From contig NC_042997.1 in assembly GCF_006345805.1 (NCBI RefSeq), positions 131,564,001 through 131,628,000 on the forward strand: 64,000 nucleotides of DNA, read 5' to 3'. Source of the stretch: Octopus sinensis. Taxonomy: Eukaryota. How positions within the stretch are numbered: position 1 is the stretch's first letter; every line of letters begins with the position of its first letter. The position numbers and the translations under genes are program-made. The notes under the pieces were generated by a model. That model was not told the DNA's origin and made no database searches. It saw only the letters and a list, made by a program, of their open reading frames with translations. Of this stretch, positions 48,301 to 60,641 are shown one piece after another.

Positions 48301-49645
48301 TATTTAAGAGACCAAAAAAAAAAAATTTGGTTTAAATGTTTGACAACTCAGCACCATCTATTGGATGGTGGGCGTTTTGCTCGTAATTAATAAATGAGTA
48401 GTAGAAGTAGCAGTGATAGTGGTAATAGTGTGGGAGATTTTGTTGCTATTTCTAAGAGGTCAATTGACAAGATTGTGGCTTCTTCACACCAATATTAAGT
48501 CATACTGTGATGCTACCAATAACATAACAATCTAGTACTGGTTGCATGAAAAAATACATCCCGGACAGTCTGTGAAGTTTCTGTTGCAGTATGCCCTTTC
48601 TAACTTCCAAGTTTGAGCAAAACTTGGTTCTCTAACCCTGTGGATCCTTTTGAACCATCTAACCCATGCCAGCACAGAAAGTGGATACAAAATAACGATG
48701 ATGAGTGAGAGAAACTACTTTTGTCTACCACACAGTTGAACTATATGTATATTTACTCAGTATAATGCAGAACTAAAGTGCTTGTGTATGTGTGTATATA
48801 TGTATGTATATATAGGTGTGTGCACGCGTTTATGTGCAAATAATCTTTTACTCAGCCTCTCAGATTTGTGTGAATACAAAGATAATTTTGTATGAATGCA
48901 TGATTATATCATTTTTGAATGCATTTGCGTGTATGTGTGTGTGTGTGTTTCTTTTGTGAGAAAATCTTTAAAACTAAAAAAATAAACAATGTAGCTAAAT
49001 TAGGCTAGACATGATGAAAATCAGACAGTGAAATGATAACAACAACAACAACAGCTATAATAATAACAACAGTAAGAACACCAAAGTAAACAATAGATAA
49101 TTCATTGTCTTCTTTTTTCACTTTTGTTACCTCAGTTTTTTTTATAGCTTTTATTTTCATGACCTCTTCTTCCCAATTTTTTTTTGTTTTATATTTTTAT
49201 AATTCAGTATTCAAATTTTCTGTTTTGTTTTTATACCTCCATCCCTAACTTCTTAAATTGCTTCATCTTTTCTCAAGAATAATATATAGTGTTAAGGAAA
49301 AAAAAAAATGCTAAGTTTTGAACTTTTATTATTTATACATAAAAATAAACTTAATGGCTCATAGTTGGTTTCAGTGATGATTATACCAGTTATTTGCTCA
49401 ACAGAACTACCTACTCATTGAATTCTTGTGTAAGTGGCTGAATATTCCTTGGATTAGCTTAATCAGCAAACAGAACCAGCATGACACAATGTGACTAAGT
49501 TGCCCTATTGAATAACTCTTGCAATCTATGTTTCCCTTGTTCATTTCTTATCTTATATGTCTGTATAGCATTCTTGGACAATGTATACAATAAAGCTCAT
49601 TATGATATATATATATATATAATTTAATGTACACTATTAAAATAA

Positions 49646-49952
49646 GGTGGAGGCACAATGGCCTAGTGGTTAGGGCAGCGGACTCATGGTCGGAGGATCG
49701 CAGTTTCAATTCCCAGACTGGGCGTTGTGTGTGTTTATTATGCGAAAACACGTAAAAAGCTCCACGAGGCTCCAGCAGGGGTGGTGGTGACCCCTGGTTG
49801 TACTCTTTCGCCACAACTTTCTCTCACTTTCTCTTCCTGTTACTTGAGTAACACTGTGATGGACTGGTGTCCCGACCAGCTGAGGGGAACACATACACCA
49901 CAGAAATCGGGAAACCAGGCCCATGAGCCTGGCTAGGCTTGAAAAGGACAAC
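49646..49952 (+). mobile_element. tRNA-derived SINE, head D plus tail X
   Basis: Same head as the 46471 copy and the same tail as the 20574/31757 copies. Confidence 0.9.
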
Positions 49953-50224
49953 TTTTATCATATTAAAATAAGAGCTTCTAATAGTTTCTTGCCATTGCGT
50001 CATATGGTTAGGTAGTTTTATAATGTGCCTTGTGTCTCCAAGTAATCTAGAGGCTCTGAAGGCATGTTATAAAAATCTGCTTGACAAAGTGTCTCATTGG
50101 GAAGAAACTATTAATAGCTAATATCTTTATACTGTGTTCATTAAATTATATTTATCTCTTACTGGATGGAGTTTTTTTTGTTGGTCCTACTTTAATAGAA
50201 CAATATATATATATATTGGGAGAA

Positions 50225-50365
50225 TTCACAGAAAAACAAAAGACAACAAACAGATGTATTAGTTTAATGCTCGGGAAGTGAGAAAGTCTTTAACGTTTTG
50301 AGCCTACGCTCTTTGACAGAAAGGAAGACAGAAATAAACAAGGAGAGAAACAAGAAACAACTTTT
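50225..50365 (-). mobile_element. Penelope-like terminal repeat fragment
   Basis: Reverse complement CTTTCTGTCAAAGAGCGTAGGCTCAAAACGTTAAAGACTT, homologous to 51081-51120. Confidence 0.55.
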
Positions 50366-50367
50366 GA

Positions 50368-50591
50368 GCATGGTCATTGCCCCAACTGCCTGACCAACCT
50401 TTGTGCCGGTGGCACATAAAAGCATCCAGTACGCTCATGGAGTGGTTGGCGTTAGGAAGGGCATCTAGCTGTAGAAACTTTGCCAGATCAGACTGGAGCC
50501 TGATGCAGCCTCCTGGCTTCCCAGACCCCGGTCGAACCGTCCAACCCATGTCAGCATGAAAAGTGGACATTAAATGACGATGATGATGATG

Positions 50592-50593
<2 letters not shown>
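50368..50593 (+). mobile_element. RTE 3'-end element R1
   Basis: Consensus body plus (GAT)n tail. Confidence 0.9.
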
Positions 50594-50632
<39 letters not shown>

Positions 50633-50998
50633 CAGGCATGTGCCATCAGTAACTACCCAGGGTAGGCAGTTGGTAACATTTATGTAGTAAAATACACAAA
50701 AAAATAAGCAAAACACAGACGAGTGACTGAGTTGGAGGTGGACTTACTTGTGCTTTTATAGTGTGTAAAGAAAACATTGTAGGAATGTATGAAGCATTTG
50801 TACTACAGTATTACTATGTGTAGCTGAAATACTGAGATTGAAAGGCAGGGGCAAATTAGACCTATGCATAGTAATCAGAGTAATATTCATAGTTTTATTG
50901 AATTATGTGCATATTTTGCCACAAAAAGATAATGTTACTATCAATCTACTTTATTCTGGGTAGGCACTACCTACCTTCCCTACCCAGGTGGCACATCC

Positions 50999-51001
<3 letters not shown>
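50633..51001. mobile_element. hAT-type MITE embedded in (TA)n
   Basis: TIR CAGGCATGTGCCA / TGGCACATCCCTG. Flanks ATGTATAT / ATATATAT. Homologue of 24720-25114. Confidence 0.85.
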
Positions 51002-51047
<46 letters not shown>

Positions 51048-51064
51048 TATATATATATATATAT

Positions 51065-51215
51065 TCGTTAGCTACTATATCTTTCTGTTGAAGAGCGTAG
51101 GCTCGAAACGTTAAAGACTTGTTTTATTTATATTTCCTGAGCGCCATACTGATACAATTGTTCGTTTGTTTTCCACCTGCCTTCGTCTTTTGTCTATTTT
51201 CATTAAGCTTTCCCG
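51065..51215 (+). mobile_element. Penelope-like terminal fragment with a hammerhead-like motif, flanked by (TA)n
   Basis: TTGAAGA-GCGTAGGCTC-GAAACGTT at 51088-51112. Confidence 0.55.
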
Positions 51216-51216
51216 T

Positions 51217-51282
<66 letters not shown>

Positions 51283-51480
51283 CACCGGAGTAAGCACATA
51301 AATGTGAAACAAGGTGGAAAAAAGAATACTCAAATACCAGAGGTAGAGTAATATGCTTTATTTAAAAGCAGAAGAAATATAACAAAAGCTGTTACTCGAG
51401 TTTCACATTCCTGAATGGGAACCTGAAACTCTGTGTAACAGCTTTTGTTTTATTTCTGCTGCTTTTAAATAAAAGTATAT
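51283..51480. repeat. Fold-back insert in (TA)n: 55/57-bp inverted arms (51351-51405 / 51424-51480)
   Basis: ATATGCTTTATTTAAAAGCAG..GTTACTCGAGTTTCA mirrored with a few mismatches around an 18-nt loop. Confidence 0.92.
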
Positions 51481-51493
51481 ATATATATATATA

Positions 51494-51529
<36 letters not shown>

Positions 51530-52210
51530 CACACATACACATTACCACACTCAAATACACATTGTTATTTTCTATCACCTTTCTTCATGCATACATACAT
51601 TCATTCATTCATTTGCACACTTTATTTCATATTAGTGACTTTTACTCCCATGCATACACACACACACACAAATATTCATACATTACACTTTTAAATACAC
51701 CATGTCATTTTCTATCATTTTTACATGTATTCATACTTTTCCACACTTTGTCTTCTAAGTGCACTTGTATTCTTGCACACACACACACACACACACACTA
51801 TTTCTCTTTCTTATACATACCCACTTGCTATTTTACATACACACATGTTAATGTTTCTTTTTAAACAATATATTTCTAAGTAAATCTCCCATCCCTATAT
51901 TATTCTCTAAAATTGGTCAGGATAAAACTGAACAATTCTATAGAAAACAGGAATTATACTTCACTGATGTTTAAAAAACACCACACCCCTTTCTAAACAT
52001 TAAAAGGAAATAAAAAAAAAGAAAAGAAAAACCACAACAGGAGCAACTGTGGTAGCTAGAACTAACAACAACATTAACATTGTAGCCAATCAGAAAACAA
52101 TCAACAATACATCCTTTCATAAAATCACTTTTCATTTCCTTCCATAGTTTAAAATAATCAGATAAGTAAAAATAAATCAAAAATTGGGGACATAGTGAAT
52201 ATGTGTTTAA

Positions 52211-52407
52211 CCCTTTCATTACCAACCCGGCTGAAACCAGCTCTGGATCTGAGTACAAATGTCTTGTTTTCATAAGTTCTGAATTAAAATTTATATTCCT
52301 AACACTAGCTGAACGATAACTAAGTTATTTTGATAAATTCTTTGTTATATCTAAAATAATTGAAAGAAAACTCAGAGCATCTCAAAATAAATACAGTAAT
52401 GAAAGGG
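52211..52407. mobile_element. piggyBac-type MITE
   Basis: TTAA|CCCTTTCATTAC ... GTAATGAAAGGG|TTAA: perfect 12-bp TIR and TTAA TSD. Confidence 0.9.
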
Positions 52408-52890
52408 TTAAAATACTAGATTCATTATTGACATGTATTGTTTTGGCAAGGGATAATTTTTGGGTATTCCCTCTGATCCACCTTATCTCTTTTTGTGTCC
52501 ATTGCCTATAAACAATTTCATTCCCTATCTGCCAGTTTCTTGCCAGATGTCCAGCATTTTTGTCGGTTCTTGTTCAATTTTGTAGCCCCCCTCCCCCAGA
52601 TCTTTTTGGACTATATTTTTTTCCTAACCTACTCAGAGCATCTCAAAAATAAATACAGTAATGAAAGGGTTAAAATACTAGATTATTATGACATGTATTG
52701 TTTTTGGCAAGGGATAATTTTGGGTATTCTCTGATCCACCTTATCTCTTTTTGTGTCCATTGCCTATAAACAATTTCATTCCCTATCTGCCAGTTTCTTG
52801 CCAGATGTCCAGCATTTTTGTCGGTTCTTGTTCAATTTTGTTAGCCCCCCCTCCCCCAGATCTTTTTGGACTATATTTTTTTCCTAACCT
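52370..52890 (+). repeat. Tandem duplication of a ~260-bp unit (52370-52630, 52631-52890)
   Basis: The two units differ only by a few 1-2 bp indels. Confidence 0.95.
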
Positions 52891-53075
52891 GATCTTTCTC
52901 AGTTTCCAGTCATCTGTGAAAAACATGTCTGGCCTTGTAGAAATACGACCTTTTCTGGAAACAGGTAAGGATTGGTGACAAGGAGGGCTTCCAGCTGGCC
53001 ATGGAAAATCTGCCTTAACAAATTACATGTCATTCATGCAATTATGAAAGAAAGTAGATGTTAACGTGACGTGTG
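52891..53075 (+). mobile_element. Older RTE-tail family R3
   Basis: AAAACATGTCTGGCC..GGATTGGTGACAAGGAGGGCTTCCAGCTG..GAAAATCTGCC. Confidence 0.65.
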
Positions 53076-53687
53076 TGTGTGTTCACAGATGCATTTTAGC
53101 AAAAAATGCAAACAGCAAGAAAATTCAAAATCTGGTGCCATTAAACAAAGTACTTTTGGAGAATTCTACACCAACTACACTCCCTTGTCACTACCATTAT
53201 TGGTAAATGCAGTGAACCACTGACTGGTCCATTGAAAACCTGTAACCCATGGAAGTACTGCTCAGCAATTGGGTAAAATAAATAAATATAATAATGACAA
53301 AGTTCAATCAATATTTGACCTAATATGAACAAAAATGTTAATGAACGGAAACAAAAGGAAATATTTCATGAGTATTTGAAAGTATGTGTTGTACAACTAT
53401 CAAATAACTGAAAGATATTGTATTTCTATGTATGAATGTTTGTGATTGTATTTCAATTGGACCAACAAAGGAATTGCTGTGTGGTCTTTTGATATACTAG
53501 AAATGGCAGCCAAATGTCTCTGAAACCATATCCTACCATTTTAAATGAAGTTATATAGATTGGGTAATGTAATCAGGTGCACATTATTTCTGATAAAAAG
53601 GTATAATGGTTATGGCTGGAATACTTTTGCTTATACGTTTGCTTGACCAGTGCCAAGTAAAGGCCAAACAGGCCAAGATTGGTTGGT

Positions 53688-53937
53688 GTTGGTAACACAT
53701 AAAAGCACCAACCGATCTTGGCCGTTTGCCAGCCTCCTCTGGCCCCTGTGCCGGTGGCACGTAAAAAAACACCCACTACACTCACGGAGTGGTTGGCGTT
53801 AGGAAGGGCATCCAGCTGTAGAAACACTGCCAGATCAGACTGGAGCCTGATGCAGCCTCCTGGCTTCCCAGACCCCGGTCGAACCGTCCAACCCATGCTA
53901 GCATGGAAAACGGATGTTAAACGATGATGATGATGAT
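53688..53937 (+). mobile_element. RTE 3'-end element R1, young copy
   Basis: Near-consensus, with (GAT)n tail. Confidence 0.92.
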
Positions 53938-54628
53938 TGCAGTGCTCAAAATTACAGCATTCAAATATATAAATATATGTAAAATTGCTGATTGATGTCT
54001 AAATTTTTGGTAAAAAAAAAAAATATGTATATATTCCTAATTTTCTGAAAAATCGTTCAGATAAAAAAAAAGCATATGAAAATCAATATAAGGAAGGAAA
54101 GAAATTCAGTTTTATGTTTTCCAAGTTTATTGGCTTGTATCAGCATATGCAAAAAAGAAACAAAATATTTTTTACTTTTTTTAAATATTGTAAAAGAATT
54201 GTTCTGTTTGATTCGTTTCTTTACTCTTCTCTTTGTGCGTGACCCTATAGCGATTGAGTGCATTTTCAACTTGTCTTCTGACTAGCATAGCTCTCTACAT
54301 TATTCTTTTAAGATCTTTGTTCACATCTAGGATGGCATATAGAAATATTAAAACAACTCCATGACTTGAGTGGTACTTTATTTTATTGACTCTCATTTAA
54401 ACATCTTTTTAACTATCAGCATTAGATTTTCAGATGAGTGGTCCATTTCTTCATGGTTCTTTTCTCCGGGTAACAGCTTGATGCCCTTCCTATCAGCAGC
54501 CCTCACTTGTTTCCAAAGTAATCTTTCCCTATACCTGGACATATCTTTATAGAAGACTGGAAACAAAGAAGACTGCTTGTATGATAGTGACATTCAATTT
54601 CATTTATCACATGATATCCAGATAATTA

Positions 54629-55048
54629 GACGTAGAGTGACCCGCTGTTCTTGAGGAGACCTATTGAGTCAAGTACGTCAACACAAACATCAAAAAGGAA
54701 AATCAAATGGAAATTGTAGTTAAGATACCTGTGCCCGTGACACATAAAAAGCACCGTCCGAATGTGGCAGATGCCAGCGCCACCTGACTGGCATCCATGT
54801 CGGTGACACGTAAAAGCACCAACCGATCATGGCCGTTTGCCAGCCTCCTCTGGCCCCTGTGCCGGTGGCACGTAAAAAGCACCCACTACACTTATGGAGT
54901 GGTTGGCGTTAGGAAGGGCATCCAGCTGTAGAAACACTGCTAGATCAGACTGGATCCTGGCGCAGCTTCCTGGCTTCCCAGACCCCGGTCGAACCGTCCA
55001 ACCCATGCTAGCATGGAAAACGGATGTTAAACGATGATGATGGTGATG
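54629..55048 (+). mobile_element. RTE 3'-end element R1 (longest copy)
   Basis: Extends 5' to GTGACCCGCTGTTCTTGAGGAGACCTATTGAG. Confidence 0.92.
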
Positions 55049-55467
55049 AAATACACTCATTCATGTACATACACACACATACACACACACAATGGGCTTC
55101 TTTCGGTTTTCATCTTCTAAATCAACTTGCAAGGAGTATTGCAGGAAACATTTTCCCAAGGTGCTCTGCAGTGAAACAACCCAAAACTATCTAACTGGAA
55201 AGCAAATTTAATCAGAGCCATCTGCCTGTCTGTCTGTATTAATATTTAGTGGAAACTTCCACTAAATATTAATAAAAATATAAAAATACACCTGTACTTA
55301 TATTTTGAGTTCCGTTTTTCTTGTTTGCATCACCATACCTCTATGTGTGTGTGTATTATATAATGTGTGTGCTTGCCAGTTTATAACCTGTGTTTAGTCA
55401 AAAAATGTAACAGTGATTCATTAAATATTTATAAATAAAGTATGTACATGGCTAAAAATAAGTACCA

Positions 55468-55529
55468 GCAAATCGTCCAACCCATACTAGCATGGAAAGC
55501 GGACATTAAACGATGATGATGATGATGAT
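55468..55529 (+). mobile_element. ~60-bp 5'-truncated RTE stub
   Basis: AATCGTCCAACCCATACTAGCATGGAAAGCGGACATTAAAC(GAT)n only. Confidence 0.85.
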
Positions 55530-55659
55530 ATCTTCTTTCATATTTTACTTATTTCAGTCATTGAACTGAGATGATGCTGGGGCAAGTCCTTGAAAGGTTT
55601 AATCAACCTGGGAACATAAACAAACCAACATTGTGTCCATGTTTGTCCTGCACCACTTT

Positions 55660-55982
55660 TATTACAACACTGAGCTCACTGAAACCTTGTGAGTAAATAT
55701 GGTAGAAGGAAACTGCATGGAAGCTCATCGTATACACAGACATGCACACACATATCTCTATGTGTGATTGTGTTTGTACCCTCATTCCACTGCTTAATGA
55801 CCGGTGCTGGTTTGTTTACATCCCCATAACTTAGCAGCTCATAAAAAGAGACCAATAAAATACCAGACTAGGGGGTAATTTGTTCAACTAAACACTTCAC
55901 GGCAGTGCCCCAGCATGGCTGCAGTCTAATGATTGAAACAAAGGCAGTAATTTCATTAGAAATATGGTAACAAAAGGGTTAA
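55660..55982 (+). mobile_element. Diverged SINE B 3' part fused to the end of a piggyBac-type MITE
   Basis: The B tail runs via ATTGAAACAAA into GGCAGT..AGAAATATGGTAACAAAAGGG|TTAA. Confidence 0.6.
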
Positions 55983-56329
55983 GACTGGTGTACTATTTGA
56001 GGGATATTTGGCTTCTATTTCTAACAGGTTGATCAGTCATCTAGTAGAGATTTCATTGGCCCATGTGCGCGGTTCACTGTAGTGGTTGCCGAGATGGTGA
56101 TGTGTTGTGGCAAGGGTAGTGGTAATTTGATAATTCTCTTCCCAGTCACTGAAGAAAGAATAATCCAGTTTTGGTTTTATTTGTTTAGAACAAGATGATC
56201 AATGAATTTAGATTCTTAAGTAGACATTTAGGAGAAGAAATTCAGTAGGAGAGATGAGGGTCGGGGAGAGAAAAGCAAATGAATGAAAAGTGACAGAATA
56301 AGAGGTATGTATAGACACATAAGATGAGA

Positions 56330-56330
56330 G

Positions 56331-56378
<48 letters not shown>

Positions 56379-56900
56379 TGTATATTGTATTCTATATATA
56401 TGTATGTTAATGTATGTCTATATATGTATGTATATATGTATGTATATATGTGTATGTATGTTGTATATATATATATGTATATACTTATATATGCATGTAT
56501 ATATGTATGTATATATTTATATATGCATGTATATATGTATGTATATATTTATATATGCATGTATATATGTATGTATATACTTATATATGCATGTATATAT
56601 GTATGTATATATTTATATATGCATGTATATATGTATGTATATATTTATATATGCATGTATATATGTATGTATATATTTATATATGCATGTATATATGTAT
56701 GTATAATTATATGCAGTATATATGTATGTATATACTATATAATGTAATATATATATATATATATAATATATATATATATATATGCACTAATGTTTATTTA
56801 TGTATATATATATATATGCACATAACTGTATATATATGTATATAGTGTGTGATTGTTCATGTGAAAATAAGTGTGTATATGCATGTGTATATGTAAATAT
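56330..56900. repeat. (TA)n-derived compound satellite with ~7 copies of a 32-bp unit
   Basis: Unit ATGCATGTATATATGTATGTATATATTTATAT over ~56480-56710. Confidence 0.9.
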
Positions 56901-57910
56901 ATTTGTGTGTATGTAAATATTTGCTGAACTATTCGTGTGTCAAGTTATGTGGTTATTCTTATATACAAGTGTGTGTGTGTGTGTGCATGTTTGCATTAAC
57001 AATGTATTGAAATGCTCAGCAAGATGTAACGAAGACTAAACCTGATTAGTCCACCCCATACAATCATTAAAAAGAAAAAAAAATGATTAAAATGATGATT
57101 ATGTTATTATTATATTATGACGATAATGAGGATACATGTGTGATCAGATTGTATATGTGTAGATACATGCATGCACATCAACATAACATTTATGCATACA
57201 CATACATAAAGACATGTATTATAAGTATAATACACACACACACACTACAATTATTTTATATGTTTCTAAATGAAGAAATCAATAGGATATAGAACTGCCC
57301 AGAGTTCTTTGACCTAATTCCAAATAATGTCTAAAACCCATCTTCTTGTAGCCAGAGTCAGCTGACTCTGTATGTTGTTGGATGGATGCTCCAATGACAT
57401 CATCGAGTTCTGCAGTGCTCTCACTCCTCACTCTCTCGCTCTCTACTTCTTTGTCTATTATTGTTGGACAGCTTGGAAATTCAGTTAATTATTTTAACTT
57501 CATGTGTGAACTTTGACCAATCATTCTGATGTGTATCTCTGTTTTTTTTTTATATATATGTATATATGTTTTGCTGTTTGGTTTTGTTATGTTGTCACTA
57601 TCTTTATTCAACTACTTGCAGTTTTTATGTTCATACACACACACTCTTATGCGTAAACACATGTACACACGCACATTCATATACATACATTCACTCACAC
57701 ATACACACACATTCACACTCACACACGCGCATACACATATAATGGAGTGATGGTTGTTAGAGATGAAGTTATTATTACCAGACTAAATTTTTTAAGTACA
57801 TCTTAAGAAAATGCAGTCCCCTCATTTTTAGATATAAACTCAGGAATAAGGACTACTAAATATTTTCTCAATAAATTCCTCATTGAATTTGAGAAACACT
57901 ATTAAATACC

Positions 57911-58620
57911 TGGCATGGCTTTGTGGTAAGAAAGATTGCTTCTCAATCACATGGTTCCAGGTTCAGTCTCACTGCATAGCACCTTGGGCAAGTGTCTTCT
58001 ACTATAGCTTTGGGCTGACCAAAGCTTTGTGAGTGGATTTGGTAGGTGGAAACTGAAAGAAGCCCATCATGTGTGTGTATATATATATGTGTGTGTGTGC
58101 GTGTATATATATATATGTGTGTGTGTATATATATATATATATGTCTATGTGTGTGTGTGGTGTATTATATATATATGTGTATATATATATATATAGTATA
58201 TATATATATGTGTGTGTATAGATTATATATGTGTGTGTGTGTATATCTATATATATGTGTGTGTATAATATATATGTGTGTGTATATATATATATGTGTG
58301 TGTGTATATATATATATGTGTGTGTATATTATATAATGTGTGGTGGTGTGTGTGCTATATATATATATATAGTGTGTTGATGTGTGTGTGTGTATATATT
58401 ATATGTATGGTGTGTCTGTGTTTGTACTCCCATCATGCTTGACAATCGATGTTGGTGTGCTTATTGTCCCTAAAACTTAACAGTTCGGCAAAAGAGACAG
58501 ATAGAATAAGTACTAGGCTTACAAAGAATAAGTCCTAGGATTGATTTGTTTGACTAAAGGTGGTGCTCCAGTATGGCCACAGTCAAATGACTGAAACATG
58601 AAAAGAAGAATAAAAGAAGA
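57911..58620 (+). mobile_element. SINE family B with ~340-bp expanded central TA/TG microsatellite
   Basis: Head 57911-58070, microsatellite 58070-58410, tail 58410-58620. Confidence 0.88.
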
Positions 58621-58734
58621 AAATGTTAGAATAATTAATACATGATGAAATCATTTTTGTGATGGATCTTTAAATTTTCAGATTTCAAGCTCAAAAAAAT
58701 AGAGTAAAATCCAAAATTAAATACTACTTATTAA

Positions 58735-58945
58735 CATCATTGTCTTTTTAATGTCCACTTTCCCATGCGCACATGAAGCAGATGAAACTTGTGGTGAGTT
58801 TTCTATGGCCAGATGCCCTCATCCACCCTCACCTGTTCCAAGTAAGGTAATATTTTCCCATGACAGGCATTTTATCACAGAAGATTGGAAAAGATTGACA
58901 CAACTGACATGACAGTGGCACTCATTTACAACGATCGCATAATGT
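58735..58945 (-). mobile_element. Older RTE-tail family R3
   Basis: CATCATT..TTAATGTCCACTTT..GGCCAGATGCCCT.. reverse complement of R3. Confidence 0.7.
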
Positions 58946-58948
58946 CAA

Positions 58949-59200
58949 GTGAAGGCATGTGGCCTAGTGGTTAGGCTGTTGCACTCACAATCGCTAGATC
59001 ATGGGTTTAATTCTCAGACCGGGCAGCACATTGTATTCTTGAGCAAAACACTTCATTTCATGTTGCCCCCTGTGATCAGGGGATAATGTTGACCTGTTCG
59101 CAAGGCCAGTGGGGTGGCATCATTTGAAGGCTAAATAATACAAAAGCGCATTGTGAGCAGTGATGTGTAACCTTATCTGATAGCTTGGTCGGTCACATGA
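58949..59200 (+). mobile_element. tRNA-derived SINE, C-like head with another tail
   Basis: GTGGCCTAGTGGTTAGG..TTCTTGAGCAAAACACTTCATTTCA, followed by a tail unlike X or Y. Confidence 0.75.
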
Positions 59201-59209
59201 TCACATAAA

Positions 59210-59390
59210 GTCAAACACACACACTCACATGATGTTTCTTTCACTTTCTGTTTACCAAATCCACTCATAAGGCACTGATTGGTCAGGGCTGTAGTAGAAG
59301 ACACTCTGCCAAACGTACTGTTCCATGGGACTGAACCCAAAACCATGTGATTGGGAATCAAACTTCTTACAACACAACCATTCCTAAGCC
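59210..59390 (-). mobile_element. SINE family B, 5' half (diverged)
   Basis: TACCAAATCCACTCA..TAGTAGAAGACAC..GGGACTGAACCC. Confidence 0.75.
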
Positions 59391-59505
59391 AAATATTACA
59401 AAGACGAACACAAATGTAACAGACATAACACTGATTGAAATACACAAACCAAACATACAGTCTTCAGCAATACCTGAATGCATCCTAGTTATAGAATGGA
59501 TGAAT

Positions 59506-59723
59506 GGCGGCGAGCTGGCAGAAACGTTAGCACGCCAGGCGTAATGCTTAGTGGTATTTCATCTGTTTTTATGTTCTGGGTTCAAACTCCACCTAGGTTG
59601 ACTTTCGGGGGTCAATAAATTAAGTACCATTTAGGCACTGGTGTTGATGTAATCAACTTAATCCCTTTGTCTGTTCTTGTTTGTCCCCTCTATATTTAGC
59701 TCCTTGTGGGCAATAAAGAAATA
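59506..59723 (+). mobile_element. SINE family M with 13-bp TSD
   Basis: AGAATGGATGAAT at 59493-59505 and 59724-59736. Confidence 0.9.
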
Positions 59724-60279
59724 AGAATGGATGAATATATTACAACTGAAAATCTCATAAAACTGAGCACAGAATGTATCATATCTAATCACAAACTAAT
59801 CAAAACTTCCATGCTTCCTGAAATTCGCCAATACTACACCTGATTTTCTTCCCTCCATACACATGCAAGCATGTAACTGTTTACTTTCCAGACATTTGTA
59901 CATTATAGCATATGCTTTATACACACTTTTGACAAGTTGTGGTGCCACCTGAGCACTGTATACAATTATTTCATTATTATATATAAGACCCCAAATATCA
60001 GATTCCTGTTGCTCCCACAGCACACAAATTTATCTTCATTCGTGGACAGTATTGCTCACATAGATTGCTATTAGTTTGTTCACACTCCTTCACACAGCAG
60101 TACATACTTTGGATAACCAGTTCAATATACAAACTCTATTGCAAGTGTGACAATGCTAAATTTCCTGGCTCAGACTATTACATTAGGCACGCAAGAGTCA
60201 TACTTTCTCACTGGTTGATTATGCATTTGCGCTTGTGTTTGTCAATATTTTTATTAAACTACTCGCAGTTTTTATGTTC

Positions 60280-60595
60280 ACTGGCACTTGTGCTGGTGGC
60301 ACGCGAAAAAAAATTCAAGCGAGGTCGTTGCTGGACTGGCACCTGTGCAGGTAGCACATAAAAAGCACCGTTTGAGCGTGGCTGTTGCCAGTGCCGCCTG
60401 ACTGGCCCTCGTGCTGGTGGCATGTAAAAGCACCCGACTACACTCTCGGAGTGGTTGGCATTAGGAAGGGCATCCAGCTGCAGAAACTCTGCCAGATCAA
60501 GATTGGAGTCTGGTGCAGCCATCTGGTTCGCCAGACCTCAGTCAAATCATCCAACCCATGCTAGCATGGAAAGCGGACATTAAATGATGATGATG

Positions 60596-60597
<2 letters not shown>
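60280..60597 (+). mobile_element. RTE 3'-end element R2
   Basis: Matches the copy at 34926, with (GAT)n tail. Confidence 0.9.

Positions 60598-60641
<44 letters not shown>

Noticed and set aside
54393-54593. 66-aa minus-strand ORF that looks protein-like
   Set aside because: It contains the R3 RTE-tail motif (GTGAGGGCTGCTGATAGGAAGGGCATC), so it is a repeat remnant.
57345-57362. 18-bp perfect palindrome CAGAGTCAGCTGACTCTG
   Set aside because: About one is expected by chance in a window this size, and there is no supporting context.
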